Position numbers and translations under genes: made by a program. This document shows, in pieces, positions 11,583 through 24,425 of a stretch of DNA of 64,000 nucleotides; the stretch's first letter is position 1, and the number at the start of each line of letters is the position of its first letter. The DNA is from Lama glama (lineage: Eukaryota). The notes beneath the pieces were generated by a model that worked only from the letters and a program-made list of their open reading frames with translations, searched no databases and was not told where the DNA came from. The stretch spans positions 37,448,001-37,512,000 of the forward strand of contig CM052837.1 of the NCBI GenBank assembly GCA_028534125.1, given 5' to 3'.

Positions 11583-14500
11583 CCCACGCTGACCTCAGAC
11601 GCAGCAAATGGACCTCTGTAGCCACAGTCGGCGACAGTCAGGAACTCGCAGTGACCCAGCACCGCAGCAGAACCCCTTCGACACCGGCCAGAACGGCTCC
11701 GTCTGAGGAGCTAGTTTTCAACCTGCTGCCGTATGAGGCTTCTCATTAGCATGGAAATCCCTCAGAAAAATATCTTAATTTAAATATAAAAACACATTTG
11801 ACTTTGTGTAACATGTTGCCGTGAGGGTGAAGCAACTATCACTGCAAAGTGGGCGCTTGGGTCACTATGAGTGACACCGGGCTGGGTGGGTGTGGCTGGG
11901 GGGGGCAACTACCACAGAGGCTCCACACAGCCCCCGAGCTCGCTCAGGACACGCGGTGCCCACAGGGACGCATGCAGTGGACGAGTGTCTGGTCCAGGCT
12001 GCCCAGCCGGCCGCTCTCACGTCTTACCTGGGTGGGGGGGCGGCTCCCTGGGCTCCGGCCGGCCGTGCGCCAGAGCGAGCCTCGTGGGCTCTGAGTGGAC
12101 GAGAGTGGAGGGGCTGGAGGGCGGCGCCTCTGCTCAGACCAGCGTCCCCCCAGGGTGACTCGGGCTGGCGCCAGGCCCTGGAACACAGGGAACGAGTCTC
12201 TCCCATGTGAACGGACACCGGCTGCTGGGCTCTAGAGAGTTCCAGAAGCACTGCCCCTGCCGGGCCTGCAGTGAGCAGAGCTGCCGTGCGATGCAGCCAG
12301 GGTCTCGCTGGGTGAGGGTGCCGGGCACTTTTATCAGCTCGCCACTCCCAAATGCAGGGTCTCCGTGCGCAGCTTGCGTGCGTGGGGGACTCTCTCCCAG
12401 GAGCAAAACGATCACAACAGGGCGGGCTGGCACAGAAGGTCAGACCCACACGAGAGTGTGAGGCGCACGCACGGCTGCGCCTCCCGGGAGCCTCATCTGG
12501 AAGGTGCTTCAGGGTGTGTATGCCTGGCTATTTACCTGAAAGGCACTAATGTGTCCATCGACGCCCTTTCACAAGAGATGGTCTAAGACTCCAGGATCAA
12601 GGTCTTTGATTCATTGCCAAGCACCACATGGAAACAGTCTTTATACCAAAATCAAAACAAAACCCAGCTGCAGCTGCTCTCCTGAACGTCGGGGTCAGCC
12701 CGCAGAGAACCGTCGAGAACAGCGGAAGGACACTGCTGGCGGCCCCCGGTCCAGCCAGACCCCACCCGCCGCCACCCGAGGCCTGAGTTCTGGCCCCGAG
12801 GAGCTGGTGGGAGCCTCGCACATCCTTCCCGCAAGACAGTCAGGAGGAACCTTGGCTCCTCCCTGGCAACACCGCCCAGCCGACACGTGCAGGACGTGCG
12901 GGGCTTCTGGGAGGCCACGAGGCGGCGCCGCCCTGTGTCCCCACCCCAGTAACCAGAGTGAGCTGGTTCACCTCCAGTTTATTCCCCTGAAATCAAAGTT
13001 ACCTGTGTTCTCACAGCATTTTTCAAGGTCTCTTCTGGATTAACACACACCCCCAAACACAGCTCAGGGAACAGCCACGCTCTGAGCCACGCACGTGCTT
13101 GTCAGTTTCTACTCAGTGACCAGTGACTTTTAGCAGGTGGGAAGCCAGCCTACTGCTGCAGACGTGATACAAGTAAAAGAACCAAGTTAAGCCGAATCAA
13201 AATGAAAAGTACAAAAGTCCTCTGATGGAGAAGTCGGTTAAAGAGCAATGGCCCAGGAACAAGGCCACCTGCGGAACTTGGCTGGCAAGTCAGTGTTGTC
13301 AGACCCACAAGAACAGGAAGCTCCAGAAAGGCCCCGTGGGCACTGGCTGTGGGTTTCTGCTTGGCACTGCCTGTGCATTCGACGATGCTCTTAATTTAAA
13401 CACCTGCAACCACCACCCCTTTCTTCTGCAAAATTGCAGGCCGGCCATACTGGGGCACCACAGGCCCCCCTCGAGAAGACCAGGCAGGCCCTTGGGGACC
13501 CTGCGCCCAACAGACCTCACATCGGGGATGAGCCCTACCCGCTTCTCCAACCATGAGCCACGGTCGTGCTGTCGGTCCGATGGGCACCCCCAAAATTACA
13601 AAATGAAGGGCTTGGCCCTGGAAGAAGCTTGTCAACAATCAGCTCCAGGAGCCTGGGGGTCGGTCAGGAAGCGCCCCCAACCCCCCGAACCCAGTGAGGA
13701 GAGAGGGTCACCCACCGTCACAGCACAGGCCCCCGTCTCCTTCCCAGGGCACTCGGGGGGCTGCCTCCTGGAGCCTGGGCAGCAAGAAGCGGGCAGCAGT
13801 ATCCTTGCTTTGCCATCAGTAGCACCTGGTCTGGGGCTCTTTTCTTTCTTTGAACCTGCTTCCATGTCCCCGGCGCACACACCACCCCTGTGCTCCCCAG
13901 GCCGCTGGTCGCCTGGGGCTCAGGGGCACGCGTCCCGGCCGGGCAGCACCCAGGGGGGCCCCCCCATCGGGGCGCTCACATCAGGCGGGCCCCTAACAAC
14001 ATCTTGAACTGAATGGAAAACTGTGACTCGTCTGGAAACAGTGCTGGCAGTGGGTGGACGTGGGGAACTCTTGAGGGGCTGACGTCTGTCGCATCTGTTC
14101 GCAGAAGCCGAAGTCTGGGAACCGAGCCACACGGAGCAGACTGACTCAAAGGCATCTCTGACCCTGGACCTGCCACAGGAATCTGGGCCTTGCAGGGCAA
14201 GTGTCTGCGGCAGGTGCCTGGAGCGCTGGCCCCATCCTGGCTCCCCGCGGGCATCTCCCAGCCCCGCCTGCCGCCAGGGACCCACCTGCCACAGGGAGGG
14301 TCAACCACACAATCTTGGAAAATAAGGCTTTTTTCTGGGTGTTTCCACTCCTCATTTTAGTGTAAGCCCCGAACAGGCAGATCTAGCTGACGATGTGAGA
14401 AGAGCGTGTCCCACAACAACCCATTCCTCCAGCAAGGCCGGCAGCCTCTCTGCCCCACCCACCAGGCACTGCCCAGCCACCAGCGAAGGACTCTGCCAAC

Positions 14501-16378
14501 CTCCCAACCCTTTCATGAGGGTGCAACTATCAACAACAGCAACAAAGTGGGAGGTTTAGAGGATCAAAAGCACGGAGGTTAGAACAGCCTAGAAATGACA
14601 AAATACCAAAACCCAGCAGTTCGCTTCCCTGGAGTCACAGATGGACTGAAAGCACACGAGCTCTGGGCTCCCCGCAAACTGCGGAGGGAGGTGTGCGCAG
14701 AGCCTCGGCCACGCCCGGGGCAGGTGTGGCTGCCTGACTGCCATGTCAAGAGCGAGGGGACACGCAGCATTCAGTGACCCCCTCAGAGGGGACCACCCGA
14801 CGGGGTCACCACCCACTCCCGTGACTGCACCTGGTGCCAGGATGGGATCTGGGTCTCTGCTGGGTGACGGGGAACCCAGAGGAGTGGAGGCCATCTCTCC
14901 TGTGACCCTTGGTGCCACGTCCCAGAGCCCCGCGGTCAGACCGCTGGCCCGACCAGGTGAAATCAGTGTTTTCGGGCTAGCTGGACCTTGGCCCCACCCA
15001 AAGCGCGGTTCCCACACAGACACAGGCCCACTTGGAAGGCAGAGGCTGCCAGACGCGGGACGGCAGAAGCACCAAGAAATCACCCGCCACAACACAGTGG
15101 TTCAGCAACGGAGGGGCCGGTGCCGCCCTCCCGGGGCCTCTGACACACAGCTTCACCCAGAACCGAGGGCAGAGACAGGCGGAACGGCTGTCCCAGCCCG
15201 CAGGGGAGGCGCTGGAGGCCCCCAACCTCCCCACCCAAGATCCACAAAGCCTGCCCAGCCAGCGCCTCCCCTGGACAGCCACTGGGTGGACTTGCCTATG
15301 CTGAACCCCAGAAGCCACAAACGCCCCAGAACCAGCGCTCTGACTTTACCAGACCAGCAAACAGCCAGTGGTTTCTGCTGACAAGCAGCATTCGAGCCAA
15401 GAGGGAGTTTATCAGACGCAATTTGCTTACATGTTCCTTGTTCTACAAATACTATTTTGATTTAAATTCACAACCATGTGAGTGACGCTATTCCCATTTC
15501 TCAGATGCAAACAGTGAGGCCCAAACACGTCTGTTAAAGTGTGTCCAACACCAAACAGCCTTGAGCCAGTCAGCCGCCAAGTCCGACCCAGCCTCGCTGC
15601 AGCCGCCCCAGCGCTGGCACTCGGGAATAACGAGAATGGAAACACATTGTCCACTTCCAGTCTTTATTGACCACAAGCAACTTGCATCACAAAACTTCGG
15701 ATATTTTAGTGGTCGTGAAAACAGAGTCATGAAAACATTGTTTTTAAAATTAGAGTAAAAATGAAAGATACACTTTCCAGACCCCCGACACCAAAGACGG
15801 TTGCAGGTTCTCCTCTGCTTCCTTCCAGGAAACCACGCCTGGATCCCCACTGTCACCCAGGCCCCGCCAGCCACACGCGCTGGGGCTGCAGGGCCTTGGG
15901 GTGGCCCCCCAAGCTCTGCATTGAGCCCCCTGCTTTGGGGGTGCATCCCCTGGCCCTGAGGAGGAAACGGCCACGCCTGCGCTCCTTCACATGCACCAAC
16001 CCAGCAGAGTGCGTCTCTCTCTGGACAGACAGCCAGACACGGTCAGTACCTCCCCCAGGCGCCCAGAACAGGCGGTCTGCAGAGCCCTGAGCCAAGCGGG
16101 AGAGGCCCCCTCTCAGGCCGGCACCCGGGGGCCCACGGCCTTCCCGTCCTGTCTGGAGGAGGCCTGGGCGGCCTGTCGGAGGCTCAGCCGCTTCTGAGTT
16201 AGTCTGTTATTCGCTTCTGGGCAACTGAAACTCAGCTGGAGACATTTAAGGTGTAAACACAGCACCCAAATCCTTTTAAAAAACTCAAGTGTATCCAGAA
16301 CTACCTGCTGGAAACAGCGACTACGCACCCTGCCCAACCCCACCACGCAAAGTGAGTCGGGGCAAAGGCTGGGGCTGG

Positions 16379-16397
16379 GGGCCAGCAGAGGGCGCCC
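16379..16397 (+). promoter_or_regulatory. Candidate CTCF site
   Basis: GGGCCAGCAGAGGGCGCCC matches the CCASYAGRKGGCRS core exactly. Confidence 0.55.
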
Positions 16398-16727
16398 GCG
16401 CCTTCCCTCCTGCCGCCCTGACTTGTGAGGCCTGCCCCGGCCTGTCCCCGGCCCGTCCCAGTCTCATCCCTGTCCCCAAGCTGTTCCCATCCCAGGCCTG
16501 TCACAACCAGAGCACTTCTCAGCTCCACTGGGTCGAGAGTTAGAGGCCTCGATTTCAAGTGTGAAACGTCCCCCTCCTGGTGCCCCGATAGCCCCACACT
16601 GGCTGCCTCCTCTTGGAAGGCAACCTTGACCCACCAACCCACAGGCACTCCTGGCCAGACAGAGCCCGGCCCTCCTGTCAACAATCACACAAACCCGAGC
16701 GCGAGCGCGAGCGGGGCCTGCACTTAC

Positions 16728-17012
16728 GGGACAGGGAGTGGGCGCCCTTGGGCAGGTACTCCAGCAGCAGGGAGCCGTCCTCCCCCAGCGCGTCGGCCTT
16801 GAGGGACAGCAAGCTGTTCTTACTCATGAGCGCTGCCCGCAGGTTGGCCACGGCGGTGGCCTGGTGCAGCGCGTCCTCCTTCTCTGGGGTGAGAGGTGGG
16901 CCCAGGTAGCCGGCTTCTCCGCCCAGGAGACCCTCGTCCATGTGCGCGTAGAGCTCCGGCCGCTCCCCGCGGCTGTCTGAGCTGCTGGCTTCGGCGACGG
17001 TCAGGTCAGCGC
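16728..17012 (-). CDS. ZBTB46: ZBTB46 coding exon 3 (285 nt)
   Basis: Translates (S)ADLTVAEASSSDSRGERPELYAHMDEGLLGGEAGYLGPPLTPEKEDALHQATAVANLRAALMSKNSLLSLKADALGEDGSLLLEYLPKGAHSLS. Acceptor tctccctccccag|; donor C|gtaagt. Phase 1 at both ends, matching exons 2 and 4. Confidence 0.96.
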
Positions 17013-17309
17013 CTGGGGAGGGAGACACACGTCAGAGAACTCGCAGGGCCCTTCAGACTCTCCGACCGGCAAACGGGCAGATCTGGGAGAAGCCAGGCCC
17101 AGCTGCTCGTGGTGAAGCTGGACCCCGTCCCCCAAGCCGAGGTCCCAGGACAGTGGAGAAGCCGAGCCAAGGCCTCAGGCTTGCCGTCCAGGACAAGGGG
17201 CTCGGCTCCAGTATCCACAGTGTTCCCACCCCTCAGAGGAGGGGCCGCACTCAAGGTGGGTCAGTGACCTAAAGCAAGAGCCAAAAGCCTCCACGGCCTC
17301 AGCAGGGCC

Positions 17310-18275
17310 CCGGGTCCTCAGATGTGACACCAGAAGCACAAGCACTCACACAGGTCGCTTGGACCTTGTCACAATTAAAGCCTCATATGCCTCGACGGAC
17401 ACTGGCGGCAATGTGAGAAAACAGCACGGAGCAGGAGGAACTATGTGCAAACCACGCGTCTGGTACGAGGCTCTGTCCAGACTAAGGCAAGAAAAAGACA
17501 AATGCCCCAATCAAAATGGGCAAAGGACTCGAACAGATGTTTGTCCAAAGCAGATACACAAATGGCCAGTGAGTGATGCTCACCATCACTCGCCGGGGCC
17601 GTGCAACCCAGACCACGCGAGCCCGCCTCCGCCCACCCAACCAGACTGCCGCCATCGATGAGCCCCGGTAACCAGCGTGGGCAGGATGCGGAGACGGCGG
17701 AGCCTCCTACGTGGCGGGTAGGAACGTGCAGAGGCGCAGCCGCTGTGGAAGAGTCCGGCAGCGCGTCGGAAGGCTGACTGCAGTCACCGCGGCAAGTCCA
17801 CCTGCAGGAGGACCCTGAGAGCATGTCTGTGCAAGGTCACAGCAGTGTCGTTCCCGACAGCAAGTGCAGCAGCCGAACAACGATGGATAAGGGGGTGGGT
17901 CCCTCCAGGCAGAGGAGTGTTCCTCAGCCACAAAAAGGGGTGACACACTGACACTGTGGGTCGCCTTGAAATCGTTATGTTCAGTGGAAGAAGCCAACAC
18001 AGACGGACAAAAATTGTATGATTCCACTCACACCAAATGCCGGAAGAGGCAAATCGAGAAAGGCAGGAGACTGGGAGTGCCAGGGGCTGGGGGAGACAAG
18101 GGTCCTGGGGTGAAAGCTGAGGGGTACGAGGTTTCCTTCTGGGCTGATGAAAACGTCCTAAGGTCGACCAGGGTGATGGCCGCACAACTCCGTGAATACA
18201 CTAAAAGCTAGGGAACAGCATGCTCTAAGTGGGTGGATTGTAGGATGTGTGAATTATATCTCAAATAAGCAGTAA
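17310..18275 (+). mobile_element. L1MB-like 3' end (ORF2 tail plus 3' UTR), strongly GC-shifted
   Basis: AAAATGGGCAAAGGACT.GAACAGA...TTGTATGATTCCACT...GTTTCCTTCTGGGCTGATGAAAA.GT.CTA...GTGAATTATATCTCAA. Confidence 0.8.
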
Positions 18276-19589
18276 ACTAACGAATAAAGTGTAACTGAAG
18301 AGGGGTCTGTGACAGCTCTGCACTCAGGTCCACACGGAGTGTCTGGGAGGGACCTGGAGCCACCTCTACCGCCTGGGTCACGGAAGTGCCCCCGAACGGG
18401 CTGGTGCCAGGCAGACCTGGGGAGCTGCCGCTGGTGAGGGGCCCAGGGACGTGCACAAACTCCAGAAATGGGGAAAGCAAGACCCTTCAGGAGACAGAGG
18501 GAGACGGGAGAGGAGGGGCATGGGAGGGCGCCGGCCAGCTCAAAAATAAAGGTGGTCCCGGCACCAATGGGCACGCGCCTCAGAGCTCAGGGAAGCAGGA
18601 GAAACACAGACCCGTCTCACATCACGACGTGGGGATGGGGGCAGAGCACACGCCAGGGAGACCCGGGAGGGGTCTGTGAAGCAGAAGAGACGTGGGCCAG
18701 ACGCACCGAGTGGAGCTCTGACCTTCCCGACACGCGTGGAGTGGGTCAGGACGAGTGCGGGCCGCACGCCACGAGCACCTGGTCATCACGGGAACACGGA
18801 CTCAACGCAGAGTCTCTCCACCTCTATGTACTCTTCGCAATTTTTCAGAATAAAATGCTGGGGGAGTCTTAAAGATGAGGATTTTTTGGATGATCAGGAC
18901 GTCTGTTAGGGAAGTTCAAACCCCAGACCTCAGCGAGAACCTGTGAACGGAACAGCAGTTGTGCTTTGGGGAAAACCGGAAGGAAAGGTCCTCAGGGCCT
19001 GGCCTCGCTGTGCCGAGAGGACGAGCCGGCAGGGGCTCCCGGCGGCTCAGGAGGCAGCGCACTTCGGGGAGGGCCACACAATCGGGGGACCCGCTGCCCC
19101 GTGCCGGGTCTCACGCTCGCCAGGCCTCCCTCCGTGGGCTATAAACACCCGGATCCAGTCAGTCAGCACGTTAACAGAACTGCCAGCCCCGTCCCAGCTC
19201 CTTTCCCCACGGGAACCGGACCCCAGAGATGACTCCCTGTTGTCAGCACCCGGGAAGATGAGACAGTGGTCTGAGCTGACTCCTTCGTGGAACTGCCTAG
19301 GAGCAGCAGCTTCCCGCGGACGTGGGCGTCCAGGCCCGCCGGCCTCCGAGGCCGACAGGAGGGCCTCGGTGCTTCTGCAAAGCCCTGGGCTGCCGGCAGG
19401 CCTGGCCCCGGTGGAGGGGCCCCGTGAGGCCGCGACTCGGGGAGAAGTGGCCCAGGTGACAGACGCGCTCAGTGTCTGGAGGTGAGCGGAAGGCGGCAGG
19501 CAGGCCCAGGCTCACAAACACAGGACCTGGCACAGCTGAGCCAGGTGTGCACGGCGAGGCTGCGGGACCCAGGGAGCACGAGCTCCCTG

Positions 19590-19685
19590 CAGAGACCTGA
19601 GGCTTCCTTACAGGTCCCACCTCCAAATACAGCCACACGGGGTCAGGGAGTCGACGTACAAATTTTGGGGGGACACAAACAGACT
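19590..19685 (-). mobile_element. MLT1 LTR fragment
   Basis: CCTCCAAATACAGCCACAC...AAATTTTGGGGGGACACAA, typical of an MLT1 end. Confidence 0.55.
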
Positions 19686-20742
19686 TAAAATTCAAAAAAC
19701 ACTGGATTTTAAAACCAAAACTTTAATTAGCTTAGATTAACAATGTATGTTCAAAAGCGTGTAAAGAAATGAAGAATTAGCTGAACGAGTCCCGCCACAT
19801 GTGAAATTCTGAAAGGATGGTTCTGAAGAAGGATGCCTGGGGCCCATAATTGAGAACTGCCGTGAAACAGTGAAGCGGTTTCCAGCCACAGCGAAACAAG
19901 GGGGTCCAGGAGGGGCTCCTGCTAGTGTGAGCACTGACACAAGATCGCAGAGCGCAGTTCAAAGGCTCACTGCCGACCACCCTAAAAATGCTAGTGGGTG
20001 ACGGTCCCCCAGTGCAGTGTGACCAGGGGAGGGACTTCTACAGTTGTCAATGACAACACTCCCAAATGAGTGTGCCTCAGAAATGTTACCACCATCATGG
20101 GAATCAGAACCAGGCACCCCGTGAAGCTGTCAGACCACCTGTGACCAGGCGATGGCCTAACAAGGAGCTCCCGCGGGCTCCAGAGAAGAGACATCCAGCC
20201 CAAGGCAGCTGGCGAGAAAACCCGCGGAGACGTTCCCAGCACCCGTGATGCACCTTTTGCGAAGCAAGTGCAGCCAGGTCTGCACTCTCAAGTCCTGGAG
20301 TCTTTCCACTGGGCGTCTTGCTCGAAATTCAAGCCCCATTTCTGGAAGTAACACACAGGGCGCCTCCTGACACAAGGACGACACCATTCAAAAGAAACCT
20401 CAAGGGTAGAGTCCATCCTGAGACGAGACCGGGGCGGCTAAGGGTACTTGACGATCCTGAAATCATCTCGGCAGAAGAGGCAGGTGGACACCCGTGCACA
20501 GGGCGCCCCTCGCTGGCCCCAGTTTGCTCCTGCGTCCACTCTGGTGTCTGGCTGACAGGCGGCGAGCCTGGTGAGATGGGCTGGGGTGGAGGCTCCGCGC
20601 GGGGGGCACGCCCCGGGTACTGTGATGCGGAGGGACAGAGCCAGGCGCCAGGAGAGTCAGAGGCCAGGCCTTCCCAGGCCCTTCGAGACCAGAGCTTGAC
20701 TTGAGAAAGAGGGATTTGAGACGACAAAATTCTTCAAAAACA

Positions 20743-20869
20743 ACAGGAAGTTGAAAGCGTATTCACACTGCAACAAATCCCCGCACAGACGAGTCTGACG
20801 TCACGTAGAACCACAAAGCATGCTCCTGCCGGGTTGAAAGCGAAAGCCACCCCAAGTCCTGGGGCGGGA
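20743..20869. promoter_or_regulatory. Candidate myeloid/dendritic-cell enhancer (Ets, CRE, RUNX, ISRE, GC box)
   Basis: ACAGGAAGT 20743-20751; TGACGTCA 20796-20803; AACCACA 20809-20815; GAAAGCGAAA 20836-20845; GGGGCGGGA 20861-20869. Motif evidence only. Confidence 0.5.
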
Positions 20870-22229
20870 CTCGACCCCCCCACGCAGCGACGGGGCTCAC
20901 GTTTACAGGTCAAATTCAGGACGCGTCTCTGTGCTGCTTGGGGGTGGATCCCAGCTGGCGCTGGGAGAGCTGGGCGCTGAGGCTCGGGCCTGAGCTTCGG
21001 GAACCACCTCCGGCCACGGTGTGCGTTTAGGACAGGTGGGTCCCTGCTCCAGGCTGGGGTGGCACTTCCTGAGTGAGGACCTGGGGACCGAGGGACCCTC
21101 TGAAAATGTCACATCTCACCTAACACTTTCTATTAACTCTAAACAGTCATTTGTGGCAAACAGACTCAGTGATAGGACAAAAACTGAACTGACCAGGGAC
21201 CGGACAAGATGGGCTGGCAGCTCTCAGCGGCTCAGCAGCGCCTCCCTCAGGCTGCAGGGTGATGCCGCAGGAGGCATCCTAGGGTGGCTGGACAGGGAGG
21301 CCGGCCCCCAACACAAGGGACAAAGTGTGTGCAGGTACTCCATGCCTGCGCGACAGGAGGACCTGGCCCCACGGACACCCTTGGCCATGTCCCCAGGCTG
21401 ACCTCTGTTTAATAAAGGAAGCAACCAGATTAAAATGTCAACATGTAAGTCTAAAGGGCCAGGTGCTAAAGGTACAGACTGACTCTAGAGGGGAAAGGGG
21501 GTCCTCCTTCCTGCAAGTGACATTTTGAAAAGTTGACTCACTTACAATCCTCAGCTGAAAAGCAGAAAAAAGATTATAATTAACATAAGCATAATTTCTA
21601 AACAATTCAGCTGGGTGACACAGTGCGAGATGCAAAGCGGGGTAAAAACAGACGATGGAACAGGGGGAGAACGGCACAGCCACGAGCTGCAGGGTCCGGG
21701 GGCCTGGCTGTCCCAGGAAGCCCCTGGAGTCCCGGCCTGGTGGACAGCAGGCATGCAGTTTCTAAGATTTCCCCAAATCTCCACTCTCCATTGAGAGCCT
21801 TTTTGCAGACGTCACAGCCCTACCAGCCCGGCCTGCCACGTTTCATCCACAGAACGGGCGGGCACCCCGTCACACCCATGTGCAAGCAGCAACATAGCGG
21901 AACCTTCTGGACGAGCGGGAAGTGGAAACCGCAGGCCGAGGCCGTCTTCCCGGGAGGCTCCTCCCTCCCGAGTTACAGCTCCAACCAGACCTCAGTCCTC
22001 ACTCTCAGTAGATTTCACAAACAATGCAAAAACCTGTAATTATGCACTTTGTCTAAAATTTGCCTTCTTATCCTATGTGCCTGCAATGTGTTCTTAAGTG
22101 TCCTGCCTCTTCGTCCAAGTTAAAATCCAGTTTCCTCACTTTCTGTGGCCATCAGAAAGTTTTCACATCATGTAAAAAATATGCTTTAATTTAGAAATAC
22201 AGCTAGCAAGGTACGTAGACAAACAATAA

Positions 22230-24050
22230 ATACACAGTTAGCAAGGTAATTCAATGGGCAGATGGTTCTGGAACAACTGGACACCCATGTGCGAAAGGAG
22301 ACTCTGAGGCTGGCCCCCGCCCCGTGCGAGGCCAGCACGCATCCCAGGCCTGTGTGTCGCACTACGAGCCATCAGACCTCCGGGGAAAGCCGTGGAGAAG
22401 CTTCGTGACCTCAGGCACAGGTGCCTCACACAAGGCCCAAAAAGCAGGAACCATGAAAGTTCACAGACTGGACTTCATCAAAATTTATACTCTTCCAAAG
22501 ACACTGTAGCTTGAAAAAATGAGCCAAAGACAGAAGCTGCTTTCAGAACGCACACCCCGTGAAAGACTTGCCACCGAGGCAGGCGAAGGATGCGCCCCTC
22601 GGCGGAAGACGCTCCCCGGGAAGGGGCGTCAACGGCAGTTAGGAGGCGGCCCATCAGAGGCAGGCCCCCAGCCAGCGGGGCCCCAGGAGCACTGGACAGC
22701 CAGCCTCTCAGACCTGACACCGCACACAGCCCTGACCCGAGCCCTCTCAGAGGGAGACAAGGGAACCCTGATAAAGCCTGGAGGAGATGGGCATGAGAAC
22801 CATAAAGTGACACCTCAGACCCTCCGGGACGGCTGAAGACTTGCAGACGAACCGTCTCAGCTGTGTACACGCTCCGGGGAGGAATCCGACAAATCACGGA
22901 AAGACGTGTCCTGGGACGTTTATAGCCGTTGGATCACAATAGCCGGAAATAACCCAAATGTCCATCAACAGGCGCATGAATAAACCGGCTGTGTCACAGC
23001 TGGAGGACAGGTACCGTCTGGGACACGATGGCGTGAGGACACCGAGACCACACGGCGAAAATCACGGCCGCAGACCCCACGGCTGCGGATGCCGGGGAGG
23101 GCGGCCCAGGGCCTCTGGTGGCAGCTGCCCCGGCCGTGGCTGTGCCAGGGCCACGTCAGGGGACCATGCCACAGTGGTTTCCTGGTTAGGGAGGAGGGAG
23201 TCTGACTGGGGACAGCGCAGGACCAGCACGTGGGCTCCCGTGTTACTTCTTACAAGTGGCGGGTGGTGCGCAATAACCTGAGAACGGACGTCAGCAGACA
23301 GGGCGGCACACACCTGCGGCACCCTCACTCCCAGGCTGGCCTGAGGCAGGGCGGCACTGAAAGGGGCAGGAGGGGACGCTCCGGGCAGGAACGGTCTCTG
23401 TCCTGACGACAGAGGCGTAAGCACTTGTCAGATCTCAACTGCCAGCTGAGCGGTCAGAATTCAGACGCGTGTGGAGCCACCAGAACCGTCACGCGGGACC
23501 CCTGGGGAGGGCCTGGCAGTTTCTCATAAAACTGATGTCACCCCTCCCTGTGACCCGGCCCCTCCCAGGTACTCACGCAGAAGCAGTGAAAATGTAAATC
23601 CACAAAATGGGCCAAAAATGGTCATGGAAGTTTTACTCACAAGAGCAAAAGCTGGGAGCAGCCCAGATTTTAGCAGACAAGAGGCAAGAAACCAACGGGC
23701 AGATCCAACGACGGAGCGCTGCCCACAACCCGCGAGGCGTGAGCACGGGGCTGGGACCCGGCCTCGAGTGCAGGCGGGCGGCTGTGCTGGGCGGCCGTCC
23801 ACGCGTCTGCGGTGAGGTGCTGACATCGGCCGCTCTGACACACTGGAGACGTGGTGGGTTTGGGTGACTCCACGGACACACGTATGACAAAGCGAAACAT
23901 TAGCAGGTGGGGGATCCCTTCTGTTTGTTCAACTTTTCTCTAAGTGTGAACGTTTGCCCACTAACACGGTAGGGAGAGAGACAAAAGGGTATTCAAACTG
24001 TACACTCAAAATCTGCAGCTTATTGAATGTGTATTATACCTAAAAAAACA
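22230..24050 (+). mobile_element. Degraded L1 (L1M-type) fragments
   Basis: AATTCAATGGG...CTGGAACAACTGGACA.CCAT, GGACTTCATCAAAATTTA, CCCAAATGTCCATCAACAGG.GCATGAATAAA. Several pieces; boundaries approximate. Confidence 0.6.
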
Positions 24051-24084
24051 GGAAAAGGGAATGGTAATTTTCACCAAACACCCT

Positions 24085-24425
24085 GTAATGGTCCCCAGTG
24101 TCCAGGGTCCTGGAGAACGCGTCCTGACCGGAACGCGTCGGCAGGTGTGAGGAGGTTGGGGACCCTGAGACGGGAGATCACCCTGACCGTCGGGGTCACT
24201 ATCCACACATGGGTCCGTCCAAGGGGAAAAGGGAGGTGGGAGATGGCACCGGAGCTGGGGACAGAGACGCGGGGCCACGACCCAAGGAAGCAGATTCTGC
24301 CCTGGAGTTGCCAGAGGGACCAGTGCCCTGGACCTGGGGTAGCCCCCGGGCCGGGAGAGGACGAGGCTGGGCCGCCTTAAGCCGTGGGTCTGTGCTGATC
24401 TGTCACAGCAGCAGCAGCGGGAAGG
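24085..24425 (+). mobile_element. MLT1 solo LTR, diverged
   Basis: GGGAGATCACCCTG...AAGGAAGCAGATTCTGCCCTGGAG...TTAAGCC...TGTCACAGCAGC motif order. Confidence 0.65.
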
